Positions 26,325 through 39,700 of a DNA stretch of 64,000 nucleotides are shown here, piece after piece (position 1 is the first letter of the stretch; each line of letters begins with the position of its first letter). Where the stretch lies: the NCBI GenBank assembly GCA_036172245.1, contig JAYWIR010000032.1, forward strand, positions 1,302,001-1,366,000, in the 5' to 3' direction. This DNA comes from Raillietiella orientalis. Its lineage: Eukaryota. The notes below the pieces were generated by a model, which ran no database searches, was not told the origin of the DNA, and saw nothing but the letters and a program-made list of their open reading frames with translations. The position numbers were made by a program, and so were the translations under genes.

Positions 26325-26533
26325 CACTAATGAACCCAAACTACTACCAACTTAACAACTATATTACCAAAACAATACACCTGAGATTGAAGGTGGTAAC
26401 TTTTGGTTTGGCTTGCACCTACCACCCTATAAACAAAGTCCAGATTTCGATAAGGCAATTTATTGTCAATAGTAAGCATCATTGCCTCTTACAAAGTGCT
26501 CATGGAATCACAGATCCATGACTGTGAGTAATT

Positions 26534-27454
26534 TCAACGTGAAGAGGATGAGGAAGATGATCGACTATATCTTCTGCGTCTTGCTGGACTTCGTGAGCGT
26601 GAATGAGATCGTGAAGGAGTTCTCCTTCGCCTTATAGGGGACCGTCTACGTGGTGGTGAACGTCTAGCTCTGAATCTTGGTGGTGACCACCTTCTCTTCA
26701 TTGGAGGACCTCTTCTTATTGGAATTGGGCTTCTTCGTGGTGGAAGCATTCTTGGCTTTGGTAGTAGTACAGGAGCTGCAGTTATCTCTTGTCCATCAAT
26801 TTGCCCCCCATCCATATGCTTCATTGCATTCTCTGCTTCATCAGGAGTTTCAAATTCAACATAAGCAAACCCACGATTGAGATGTGGATGCAAGCGATCA
26901 GGAGGCATTTCTACATTCTTTACAGTTCCATAACAGGAAAATATTTCAACAACATGATCTTTTACAACATTTCTTGTAAGGCGACCTATATGAATTTTTG
27001 TTGGTCGAGGTGTAGGTGATCGTTCACGTTTCTTGCGTTTAGGGGATGGAGTTCTTGATTTTTGTTCCTTCTTTTCTTTAACAGGTTTCTCTTGGGCTTT
27101 CTCTTTCTCCTTTTTTTTCTTTTCTTCATCTGAAGGTACAGGTTTTGGTGAAACAGCAGGGGGAACCTTTGCTTTAACTTTTTTGTCAACTTTGCGATTC
27201 ACACTTGAGCTAGATGAGCTCGAATCACTACTAGAAGAACTAGCATGAGAAGAACTACTAGACTTAGAACTGCTAGAACTACTAGAGTGAGAACTATCAC
27301 CCGATGAACTTCGGCTCGATGAACTACTAGAGCTTGAACCTGAAGAATCCCGCTTTTTCTTAGTTTTCTCTCGGCCTCTCTCTTTTTTGTTTTCAGCTTC
27401 TGAAGCACTATCACTGGATGAGCTTTTGGCAGGACTCTGCCTATTGCGAGCCAT
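26534..27454 (-). CDS. RNPS1: RNA-binding protein with serine-rich domain 1 (ASAP/EJC component); single coding exon
   Basis: ATG at 27454 (MARNRQSP). Poly-Ser tract, RRM KIHIGRLTRNV...RGFAYVEF...MDGGQIDGQEI, and RS/P-rich tail. AATAAA on minus strand at 26464-26459. 5'-UTR acceptor TTTTTTTACAG ends at 27503. Confidence 0.97.
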   Translation of the reverse strand: MARNRQSPAKSSSSDSASEAENKKERGREKTKKKRDSSGSSSSSSSSRSSSGDSSHSSSSSSSKSSSSSHASSSSSDSSSSSSSVNRKVDKKVKAKVPPAVSPKPVPSDEEKKKKEKEKAQEKPVKEKKEQKSRTPSPKRKKRERSPTPRPTKIHIGRLTRNVVKDHVVEIFSCYGTVKNVEMPPDRLHPHLNRGFAYVEFETPDEAENAMKHMDGGQIDGQEITAAPVLLPKPRMLPPRRSPIPIRRGPPMKRRWSPPRFRARRSPPRRRSPIRRRRTPSRSHSRSRSPARRRRYSRSSSSSSSR

Positions 27455-28039
27455 AATTGAATACAATTACAATAGATATTTCAGAAACTTCTTTGTTGGG
27501 ACCTGTAAAAAAACCGTTACATATAACTGCAATAGGCAAACTCTGAAAGAGCAAAAACCAACCATCAAGAAAGCCGAACATAAATATTGAAGTTTATCCG
27601 TATTTTATACATCGCGCTCTTCAAACATGGCAAATTATTAATAACATTTTCAAGTGACTGAATAGTTTGAAATTCTGCAACTATCAAACTTGATACAAAC
27701 ACGCGCGCATACGCGTAATATAAATGGGGGGGGGGGAAAAAACGAACTTTTCGCGCACCTGTTTTCAACAGATCTCCAATTAACAATGCTTATGGCTTAA
27801 ATTGATAACATGCTCAATGCCAAATTTTTCCGTCAATACAATTTGCAATATTTCGAGGATAAACCTGTGGATACTTTCATTTCATAAGCAACCTATACAA
27901 GCAACTATGCAACTTGAAACGTATTTTCGCACACGCACGCATCTCTAATAACGCTACAGTGCTCGTTCAAAATGAGCTAAAATTTGAGCAAGATCATAAT
28001 CGGATGCAGAAAATCAGCCTATTTTCAATTTTACACATT

Positions 28040-28062
28040 GCGCACCATCTTCTTCCGGAATT
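28040..28062 (-). promoter_or_regulatory. Candidate first exon/promoter segment for RNPS1 (and possibly PHB2)
   Basis: Minus strand TTCCGGAAGAAGATG|GTGCGC: ETS-like and YY1-like cores plus a possible donor at 28045, in a CpG-containing patch upstream of the 27503 acceptor. Confidence 0.3.
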
Positions 28063-31000
28063 TCGGCGGTATCAGAAGCGTTATACTTGTCAGGATAGCC
28101 AAGAATAAGAAATTATTTTCACTAAATAGATATATGTCTGTTGGTATATATTTAGGGTTATGAAAATATCATCCGTTTAATTTGAAATAATATATAGGAT
28201 TCACGAGAAACGTAACTTTTGCAAACATAAATGAAACATAATTAAAACAGACAGAACCGAAAAATCATAGCAAATGTACCGCAAAAAAAAAAAATAAAAA
28301 ATACATTCTTGAACTTCATATAGTCACTTTTCTAATCCAAAAATCGCTAACTAGATCCGGAACGTTAAGAATTCGAAGAAAGCTATTTGATTCTGAAATC
28401 TGCAACTTCCTTTGTTTTATGCTGAGATTTTATCCAATTTACAAAAAGTTTAATGCGATTAAAAATAGCAATTTGCAGTTTATCTGTTGATACAGCAGGC
28501 CAGTTTCAAAAACTTGTTCTTGAATTATTAGGAATCATTAGAGTTACTGATAACAAATCGGAGTTTAAAGTAATTGCTTTCACAATAGCGAAATGAGAAA
28601 TGCTGATAGTAGTAAGTGCCCATATCATAAACAAATATGTTCAAAGCCCTTCGCAATAGGAAAATGGCATTCACAAAGATGAAAGTAACAGAATGTGTCT
28701 CATTTGCAAAGAATAAGAAACAGATACAAAATATCAGTAAAAGCAATTATCGAAAATCAAAAATATTTAAACAGTTAAAGATTCAATGAGCACTGCGCGA
28801 TGTCACACATTGAATGTTAAGGAGGAAAAAAAAGCAGATGCTTTAATAGAAATGGCTATTTTTTTTAGCTGAAAATGATAATGAACCTATAAGTGCTGTG
28901 CTACATCTAATTCAATGGATGCTTGAAAGCAATGAAAGTGAATAGATTGCACATATGGGATGGATTTCTTTCATTTGGAACTGATCCAATGTCGTAGTGA
29001 TTAGTCCAAAATGGAGATTCCTATAACCTAAATGAGAAAACTTCTACTTCTCCCTAAAATAAACAAATGCCATTTTTCCTTAACTCTGATTTGAAATACT
29101 TGGAGACCGCCTCGCAGATAAAACACATGCATAATGTAATGTTCATACTCACAGTATGATAAATATTCAAATGTAAATAAATGATGTTTATAGAATTCTT
29201 ATAAGAGGCTAATAAAAAATTCCTCATTATTTCCATAACATTATTATTTTTCTAAAGTTACTGCACGATGACTAAAAGCGAAGTCTACTTTAAAGCAATT
29301 TCCGCTGCTTCTCTGTTAAGCAGTTTATTTTAGGAAATATTTTGCAAAAATTCTGATCATCAAAAAAATCATAGCTTTATAGATGTAAGCAATCAAAAAA
29401 TATCGAACTATCTAGTTTAGCAAACTAGAAGATATATAACCCTGATAACAGATTTCGAAATGTATGACCATGTGAGTCTCTCAGGCAATCTCAGGTTAGA
29501 CCAGGGATAATTTCCTTCTCTAGCTTGAAACAGCGAAAAATGAAATGCCTATTCTCGCACCGAAAGTCAAATATTGTCAGCAGAAGAATTAATACAATTT
29601 AGGAGCTGCAGCCTTAAATATAGCCTGAATGCTTATCGCCATGATAATTGCAAATTTAAATCGGTACACCTGTCACATCATGGTCATGTCTGTGTTGCTC
29701 CTGCTGTGCATACGAAATAAATTTAATTCATTCTCATATGCATACTTCTTGATATTTTTCTAAAACAACCTTATTGACTACATATCTTGGCAAGCCACCT
29801 TGACTAATTAATGAGAAGTCATATGGCTTTAGGTACTCGATGAGTAACTTCGAGATACAGATCAGTTTCTCATCACATGACTAGTAAATTTTAGCACACG
29901 ATATTTCCATTGTCTATAAAGGGAAGAAAAAAACAGGATGAGAAATAGTCATGTGCTCAATCATTCTAAAGCGAATAACCTTGCTGGAATTTGTTTGGGA
30001 TCTGTCATTCATGTATATCTGTATACCAAGGTCTGCCTGCTGGAAATGGTCTTTATTTTCAGTCTACAGACAGCAATGCGTTTTACGAAATTAAAAAATC
30101 ATATGGAGATCCGATTTTGCAGATCCGAAATCCCGTTGAATATAAAAGGTTAATCGTTTACTGTTCTAGGAAGGTTGGAATATGAAAGTATTCTTCTCAA
30201 AGGGTAGATAGCAATATTCATTATACACTAATTTTAGGGAATCCCATCCAACAAAGGTAAAGAACCAAATGAAATTTTCCTCAGTGAGTTGAAAATATCA
30301 GACACATGCATACAGACTAGATGCTTTTAAAAAAAACTTCTGTCAATACTGAAAGCCAAAATATATTCTTGGGGTTTGAAGAATACCTTAAAGACCCTCG
30401 TGTCAAAAAGGTTAATTGCACCTGTCTTCTTTCGATAGAAATTGGATTTTCTGCCTGTTTTCATTAGAAAATACTAGAGGCCCTCATTCCTAATTTACAA
30501 TATTCATATTATCTAGGTCTTCCTTGTAGATATCTATTTCATTCATCCTAATGGTACTTAGAATTGTTGACTATCTATTCACTCTTGGGTCCAGAAAAGT
30601 ACAGTAAATTATAGTGTTCTAATCCAAAACACAAAATCAGGAGCCAAGCGAATAATATAGAAAAATAAAAATAGTGTTGCCGACTCGAGAACCAGTGATC
30701 TAATTTAGTAAGACCAGTGTACAATTCTCGAATTACAACTACATAATTATGTGTATTACATGATACCATGCAACTAAAGATAGTTTGATTGCCTTTCGTT
30801 CCTGAGCTGGGATTGAGTGGCTGGGTTTCAGCAACTGATCAGAGGAAGTATAAAAAATGTTGGTGTTTTTTTCTCTAATGAAACTTCTTCGAATAAGCTT
30901 TGCGTTGTAGTGAACTTGTAACATACTTTCGTCGAGTTTGAAACATATAACAGAAAGCTAATTGGAATACGCATTTCCATTTTCCTCCAGAAAAAACTGT

Positions 31001-31806
31001 AGTTTTCTATCCTATAGGTCCTTGAAGGTTCTGGTGCAGAAGAAATTTTTGACTGACTGATTAAGATGTCCTCCAAAATCCAAACACAGTTTTGAGCAAA
31101 TGAATATTTTAAATAAAAAAAATAATTTCTATTGGCATAAGATCGTTTCAAAATAATCATTTTCAAAGTGCTCATTGAAAACCAGCTAATTATATCGAAA
31201 AATGCCGATAGACTATCGTACATGCACATACGTGTATAGTATGCACACATACATAATGCATGTTTACGTATGGATATAGTTTTACGTGAGACACATTTAT
31301 CTAGAGAAAGCAAATATTTAAATAGCGGCACATTTTTGTACATGGGATAATTTAATTTTATTGAAGTTTTTTTTGGTTCTTCCTATGTTACTATACCTAT
31401 GTTTTGGTTTCTTTATATTGCACATTCTGTGTACGGGTTTGAATCAGCTTTGATTATGTTTGCTTAAATTAATAGGCGAACTGTATGATTTATCATCAAT
31501 TCGGTTTCATTCAAACGAATAGCAATATCTGTCTAGGTATAGGTTAGGAAATTTAGCGCTAAATCTTCATAAAATCAAATCTGGGTTGACAATTCTGACC
31601 TTTCCTCTGATACGTTGTGGAGTTTTCACGTGTTGGAGCCACTGGAATATTTACTCAATATTTTGAGTTTTTTTTTATTTTTGATTTAGTGGACAATTCT
31701 AAACAGAATTCAATCAATACCTTAATGTTAGTTGCATATTTCGTATCACATTAACTTAGGAATGCTTAGGATTTAAGCAACTTTTTTCTTCCGAAATTGC
31801 GTCTCC

Positions 31807-34800
31807 ATGCGTGTTATGGAAAGGTCAGATGAGAATTGTTTGTATTTACTATTTGTATTAATTTGGTGCTTCTAGTAATTTTAGTGCTTCTGAAGATAAA
31901 TTGCTTGAAAATGAAGGAGAAGATCTGGATTTAGACGATGAAGAGGTGGACGAGGATGCTTTGTTAGGTTCTCCTAATGATGGGGATGAGTTCCTGTTCG
32001 AGTATGTAAATAAATCGGGCAGTATTGGACCGTTTTTAATAGACAATAAAAAAGAAAATATTATGTAACCGATTTAGTGGATGATGTATATATTTTTTTT
32101 CCGTCTGACCTTGTTTTTATCATTGTTATGTTTGCACTGTTGTATTGCTTTTAGGGAGGACGTCCTAGAATTGGATGATCAGGAACATCTCGATGAGTTT
32201 GAACACGATGATGTAAGTATAATGAATAAGCATTCAGTTAAATTTCAGTGCGGGTGTTAAAATTTTATTAGTATTCATTAATGTCAATATTATGCACCCT
32301 ATGCCGATGTAAACACATATTTGTACGCATATATAAAAATTCACGATAGTATCAAGAAAAAACCGTCATCATGAAAGCATTTTTCTAATAAATAGGTATT
32401 TTTTGTTCCATGGTTATTTTTGAGTGGATAATATTAGACTATCTCATGTTTGAACTTATGCAATAATACAGATGAAGGTCATTGTTTTTGACAGGTTGCA
32501 TTCACAGGCTCTTATTTCTGGTACTTCTATGTTGTATAAGAATGCATTTTTTTTTTAATTTTATTGGATATGTTTGCAAAACCTGTATCTACTGTTATGA
32601 AGGGATATCAAACGTGAATGCATAATATGGGAAAAATAGGTGCAACGAATTCAGTGAATTTGATTATAAGTGAAAGAAGGATTTATGGGGTATTGCTGTT
32701 TATCGAAATTGCTTCTTGAGCAGTCATTGTTTCTTAAAAAAAAGAAAAAAGAAATTCATCATTAAAAAGGGAGTAAAGCTCCAATTTAATTTGCCTTTGA
32801 GTCCAAATGTTTTCAAGTAACTCTTGTAAGTTGGTCTCTTAGAAATCTATCGTGCAGAATCACGTTTTTGTAATATAATGCTAAAAATAAACTCTGATCA
32901 TTCACACCAGTGCATGTTGATTCAATGTAATTTCTTATGTATTGCATTAAAGAAGTAAGTAATTAAGTGATTTGCGATAAGTAATGGAATACTGTAACTG
33001 AGTCATCAAAGTTTTTTGTAATTTTTGAAAATGAAAAGCTAGTTACATATAAACACAAATTTTAGTTTATGTTGGTGTGATTTCAGTAGCATCATTAAAT
33101 ATATGTGTACAAAAGCTTCGAATAAATGTCAGATATATTTAATGCAATTTTGCATTTAGAAAGAGTAGTGTAATAGCAATGAAGTTCTGAACATTTACAA
33201 AACGTATTTGATTGCACCCCTTATGCCTCACTCTGATGGACATTGTAGTTAATTGCATTTCAAAACATTGCAAACTGTTGTAATTAATACTTTGAAAACT
33301 TCCACTGTTGCAATTTACACCTAGTCCAAAATCATGTAAGTTTAATGATAAATTGATCGTATTACTTATGCATCAGATACCTTTAATTGTAAATTGTCAA
33401 TGTACTTAACTTTTGCATATGTTGAATATCAAAAACATTAATATATAAAGTTTTCTGTTTTGCATGCTCTTTCTTTCTTTTGCATTTATAATGATAATGG
33501 GAGTCACTTTCAGTTGATAACTGAATCAATAATTCAACAGGGAGTGTGTTTATTCCCAGCATTTATTTGTAAGTATATCATTGTAAGTTAAGGGTGTGCT
33601 TCACTGTAAAAATTCAATTTTAATCAAATTTATTAAGCACACTCATTTATCCTTCCTGCTTTGCATCACACTGTGAAAATAGAGTTGAGACGTACTTACT
33701 AGTCAAAAGTCAAGGAACAGCAGAAAATCAGCACTTAAAAATGTGGAGCTGAATGAGATGTGTGTCATGATAAATGTCTTCCTTCAGCATTTGCAATTAA
33801 ATACCTCAATTTCTAGTTTATTCTGTTGCTAGCTTGTTCTGAATCTTTTTTTTTTTTTTTCTCCTCCTTTTGATTTCATTTCATTCCAAAGCAGTCATGT
33901 GAGTGTTTCAGTATATATATAATAGTTTCATTCACCATATCATTCTAGCTCTTTTATGGAGCTAGGTTACTGAAAATGTGTTCCATGGTTTTCCATTATA
34001 ATTGTTAATGCACGAATAGCAGTATGCTTTTCTGAACATTGCTTGCAAAAATATTTGTCAAACAATCGGAGGGATTATTGTTGTTTTATCGAAATTGTGC
34101 AATCGTAATTCTTTTTTAGGTTTGTGCATGTAACCACAAATATACCATGGATACAAATACTAGTGAACTTACGTAATTGTTCTAATAAAACTGATGACAA
34201 TGTTGTCAAAACTTCACTAAACTATTTTCAAATTGCGTAATGTATCAGTAATGACTGAGAACTACTGATTTGAATTGGGAAAAAACTGATTTGAGAAGTT
34301 AACTGAACATCGAGAAGTTTTTTTGTATACATGAAAACCGCAGTTTGTTTACTTGGGTGATAAAAATAGGGTTTCGGGAATGCAAAACTGATTGCTGACC
34401 CTTGAAGGATCCCAGAATTTGAATAGGTGCTTAAGTTTGAGAAATCAAATCGTTAAAATCTGGAAGAAAAAAAGTTTCTTAAATGAACACTCAGTCAGCA
34501 ATCAGTGTGGTCAGAGGTCACTTTTGATGCATGCATTCATTTTTGAATCAGTAGCCTTGTCAATTCACTTTAGGACCGTAAATAAAAAGAATCTTATATT
34601 AGTGACACAAATCAGAATGTGCATGAGTTTAATGAATTAAATGTTTAATGAGTTGTATGTCAAATGTTAAACAAGTTAAAACTTATTCAGTAGTTAAGGT
34701 CTTGAATGTGTAAAACCTTTTTTAAAAGGTATAAAAGGTATTTGATAATGGGAAAAATGGTGGACTTAGATGAATAGAAGCAAGAAAAACGATGAATGTA

Positions 34801-37746
34801 ACATCACAGGCGCATGGATGGGCAATCCCTTAGTATGTATTTCAAAGTAGATCTCAGTAAAAATATCCCAGTCCGTTGATTTGCTAATCTGCTTAGTATT
34901 CCTGTTGAAAATACTGACTATATTTTGAACTGGAATGTCAGCAGGTTAGCAGGTGAGACTTTTATGTGCTACCATTTGGATTTTTAGGAACATTAGCGTT
35001 TGGGATGGTAATGAATGTACATGAATCTCTTTAATCTCTTTCCTCACTTGAAAGCCATGGTCACATGTGAAGCTTGTACAAGTTGTTGATGCAATCTTGA
35101 TACTGTGGCTGATCATAAATGATAATGTGTGTTTGCCTTCCCAAGTGGTTGAAGAAGAATCAGTGTTCCCATTATTCATTTTTGTGTTTGTGTATTACAG
35201 ATTCCTAGTGAGCCCAGCAGGTTGTTGCAGTATGATCTGTGTTCAAACACAGAAATGCATAATGCTGTTGCCAACACAGATCACAGTGATGGTTTTGGTA
35301 TAGTATTCATTCATGCAGTTTTATTTGAAATAGCTATTTCTAGTAAGACAGAAAGGAAAGTATAGTTTACTGCACCAAGATGAAGAGGAAGAGGATAAGG
35401 AAGACAATTTGAATTCTGGTCGCTTGAGGTTCAAATCTGAAAGGAATACGAACATAATCTCTCTGTGTAGCAAACAGCAATCCAGGGTTATACCCGAATC
35501 GTTAGGTAAGTGCTGTTTATTCCTTCATGTTGTAACCAGATGTAGATGAAGTATTAACTTTGGAAGAGAAGGATAAACTAGGCAAAAGACTTCAAAAGCC
35601 AAAAAATGCAAGCAAGTTAACAAAGGCCAGCAACTCATATAAACGGAGACCATTGCATCATACAGTACCACCTCTTATGCCTCATGTTAAGGCAAAAAAA
35701 ATCTTGATTAATCCGCATTTTAAAGGAAGACCTAACGGTTAGTTATTGATTAACTCTTTGGGCATTCCACATGAGGACACTTTAGTTTGGAAGGATGGCT
35801 TTCACCCACCTCACATTGCTATGCAGTCTCAGTTGTCCAGCCATATGAGATCCACCATAAACACCCGAACTCATAATAAGAGTAAACCTGAATCGCAAGC
35901 TCGCCATCCACAGCCTTGGGTTCCTTCAAGCCACATGGCTAATCTTCTTAATGGGAATGTAACTTCTCATCCTCCACTTTTGCCTTCCTATCAGTCCGTT
36001 GATATTCAGAAGACATTTTCTCCTTCCCATTCAGAACGTTTGTTTCCCATCTGCAGTATGTTTCCCCAACAGCAGCAGTCGTTTTTCTCCTCGTCTGTTT
36101 CCCCACAATGTTTGCCGAAATCCGAGTTGCTGTCTGGAACATTGAGTAACTCGCTTCAAATGCATTCTCCATTTTTGGGAGAAACTCCAAGACTGCTTGG
36201 TCATGAACAAGTAAAGTATTTATATTTAAGTATGCTTTTTTATGGAATTGCAGTTTGTTGATAGATTGGATACTAGTTTTTCCAATGTTCAATCAATGGG
36301 GTATCATCCTTCAGAATACGAACAGCTGTTCTTTCCACCAAGTTCAGAACACTTGCCTTTCTCTTCAAACTGCATAACAAATCCATGTTTCCCATTTAGT
36401 CAAGAATATAAGCTGAGTTCCCAGTTTCAGTGTAATCCAGAATACGAAAGTTCACAGGGATATCAGGATTACGAATCAAAGCACCATTATTCATCGCATC
36501 AGTCATATAACTTTGAACGTAACCCGTGGTACTTACCAGCTGATCACGTCTTCCCCAAATCTACATATCAGCAGTCTTTACCAGTCAATGATCAGTGGCT
36601 TCAAGAAGTATGGAAGCCAAAAAATGCATCTTTTAACCATTTTAAGCAAGTGGATCTTCCTGTTCAAAGAAAATCTTCTGGAGAAAGAAGTGGTAAGAAA
36701 TTTCGGGTATGTACAGAAATAAATTCATGAGATGGCGTAACGCTTCATGTGTTTCTCAGAAACACTTTGGGGCGAAGCAGCAGACCAACTTACACCACAT
36801 CAAAACAGTGGACACTCAGCAGAAAAGTGGCACGATTGCTTCATCACAAAAGAAACAAACTGTTCCCGTGTCCACTTCTTCTCAGGTTTCCTCAAAAGAT
36901 GACCGTACTGTGACATGTGCATCTACACCTGTATCTGAATGCAAGACTGCTTCAGGATTGGTGGAATCTACCTCTCACCTGACTGCCTCTGATGTTACTG
37001 CATCCAAGTTTCCTGCATCAACCCTTACCATATCCAGTCATGATGCTCCAGTCCTTGGTGCCTCTAACCATGTACTTTCACTGCCTAGCTCTGTAGGATG
37101 CTCTTCCACTGTAGATAGTGTACCACATGCTAATGAATCCTGTCCATTACCCAATCCATCCAAAATTCAGTCATGGAGTGCATCCCTCAACTCAGAGCTG
37201 GATTCATCTACTTGCCAAGAAGATAGGCTCACCCAGCAGCTTCGTGAGCAGATTGAGCAGCAGAAAATTCAGCGCGCAGCTTTGTTGGCATTCAAAAAAG
37301 AAAGGCGTAAACAAATGGCTCTTAAATTACGGGAAGCCCTGCTGCATCAAAGGATGCAGGGCACCAAAGGGAATTCGCATTTCACTGCATCCAAAAAGTA
37401 TCAGCCATCAGCAAGCAAAGGGGATGTGCAAAATGGCTGTACTGAAGGGCGCATTGTGCTTAACAAGGTAAAAGGAGTTGGGAAACTCTTTTCACCTTTT
37501 TGAATTCAGCTGGCTAAACAGTCTGTACGTAATGTAAACTTGACAGGAGGCAGACAGGTCTTGGAGACGTCCCATCCCAACGGGCTTAAAAGCCTTTCAG
37601 ATTCTAATTCTAATAATCAGTTTTTAAAATCCGAAATGCCACGGACAGTTGTTATCAGTGATAGGTCACCTCCTGTGCACCAGAAAATTGTGCATCTGTG
37701 CAGCTCTCTGGATCCAATTGAGATAAAACCAACATGGCATCCTTAA
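31807..37746 (+). CDS. RBM33: RNA-binding motif protein 33-like
   Basis: Exons 31807-31823, 31876-32001, 32155-32212, 35201-35297, 35344-35505, 35546 (or 35540)-35737, 35786-36210, 36254-36706, 36760-37467, 37510-37746. Family-like blocks: DEDALL, EDVLELDDQEHLDEF, SGRLRFKSER...IPESL, KILINPHFKG and coiled coil IEQQKIQRAALLAFKKERRKQ. AATAAA at 37948-37953. Start could be 31816. Confidence 0.85.
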
Positions 37747-38599
37747 AATGGTAGGGATTTTCAACCAACATGTATGCCCCAATCGCATCTGGACCCTGAG
37801 CAGGTTTACAAAAGTCAGATTGACTGTTCATCAATTATTTTGTAACATGCATTCCATTCTTGTTTGATCAACAATAATTGGTATCAGCTGTGTAGGTACC
37901 TAGGTAGGGGCCAGTGCTGTGTATGCCGTTTCATTATTTATCATGCCAATAAATTATTGCTGCACATAGTGTGACTGAATACACTTAATTCTGTTTGTGC
38001 ATGTTTTTTCTCCCCTCCTCCCCCCCTTCAAAGTGACTTCAGAATGGCAGCCGTATGGTATCTTGCTAATTTTAAAACATTTCTGCCCTTGTGTCTCTTG
38101 CAGTTGTTATTTATAAGGTAAGTGATGCGTTTGCTTTTAAAAAGACCCAAATTCTTTATTTCAGATTTGTTGCTGTTGAGAAGTTCTATAATGCTGTTTT
38201 TTTTTCTTCCCTTTTTTTTTCCCCTGTTTTTTTTTTTTTTTTTTTCTTTTTTTGTAGACCTGTCAGTAAGAGCAAGGGAGGATATTCTGTGAAAATTGTC
38301 AGCTGTAACCAGAAGATTCATTTGTTTGTGTATATACGTAATTTTTTTTTTTTTTTAAAAAAAAAAAAAAGAAAAGAAATTGATTTATGAATTTGAATTA
38401 TTTATTTACCATTTTAAGTGAGTAAACTTGAATGCTGCATAGTCCATGTATGCACACAGGCAATAAACGGATTCTGTTGAACTTTGATATGTCATTTCTT
38501 TGAGGCCTTGCGAATGATAATATTCGGCCCGGAAATCAACACTGCGATGTATGGGGCCCGGGTAGGAACTGGGGTAATGAATGGGGCCCTGCGTGAATT

Positions 38600-39700
38600 C
38601 GGGGTTTATATAAACGCGCCGTCCACTGGCAAGGATTCTCTCATGGGATTTACCCTGAGTTCACTTGGTGAGACGTGCACGAATGTTGGAAGATGCGGGC
38701 TAGTAGTTGATCTTAATCGTAGGAGAAGATCCGGACTCGTAACTTCCGGAAGAACTTTGCTGGTTACGTGCCAACAGTTGCAGTCGGTCGTGGGAGCATT
38801 TGAATTTAATGATGTTGACATGTATCATGATGTGATGAAAATTGCAGGCTTAATACGTGAGTGCCGTCGAATTTCAAGTTGTCTGTAAAGTAGAATTAGG
38901 TTCTCTGGTATATGGTTGATGGGTGGCAAAGAGATGACGAAGGGGACTTTCATGATCTGGCAGTAGTGAGAATTACTAGGGGCAGTTGATGATAGTCCGC
39001 GAGGGACTCGCCCTTCGAGCGGTTTGTGTGTCGTTGCTTTGGTTATCCGGAAGCAACTGGTTTTCTTGATAAACTGTGATTAAGAAGAGTTCGATTTGGG
39101 ATGCTGCTCAGCGACGAGGAAGCATGAACCGCGTGTCTGGGTTCTGCTCTTGAAAAGGAACATCCGCAACGGGTACGGTGTTTCCAAGAAGAAACTTCCA
39201 AGCGCCCTCGAGCAAGTACTATTCCAGCTGCACGTGGTTCACGCAGGAGTTCGGAATTCGGCCTCAGTCCTGTGGAGTCTTCTTATCGCTCCTCCTGAGA
39301 TTACGTGTAGCAATCGGCCATGGGTGGATGCAGTGGATTTGTTTCCGATTGGCTAGTCTTTTGAATAGTTGGCTGCACGGTGACTTGAAACTTGGATAGT
39401 TTTCTCCTGTCTTCAGGTGAGCACGAATGCCGGAAAACTTCGCGTTACGCTCGGAAGCTGTGCGGAAGCCTCGAGGATTCGAGGGAAATTTGGGACGAAC
39501 GCCATCCTCTCACCTCTACTCCACGTGTTGTCAATGTCCCGAGATCTCGTTGTTCTTTTATGGTATTCTTCTCGTGTTCGAAGCATTCTACTTTGCAGCG
39601 TGGAGTTCCTCCTGCATGTCGCATCATCAGATCTTCCTCTGCTCTCGAATAGCTCGTGCATTTCAACGCAGGAAAACTCGCGTGACGCACTTGTTGGTGC
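38600..39700 (-). mobile_element. Possible decayed Gypsy gag remnant
   Basis: Minus strand KFSGIRAHLKTGENYPSFK (about 39440-39385) and KGESLADY (about 39015-38990) resemble gag capsid motifs. Heavily interrupted. Confidence 0.3.
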
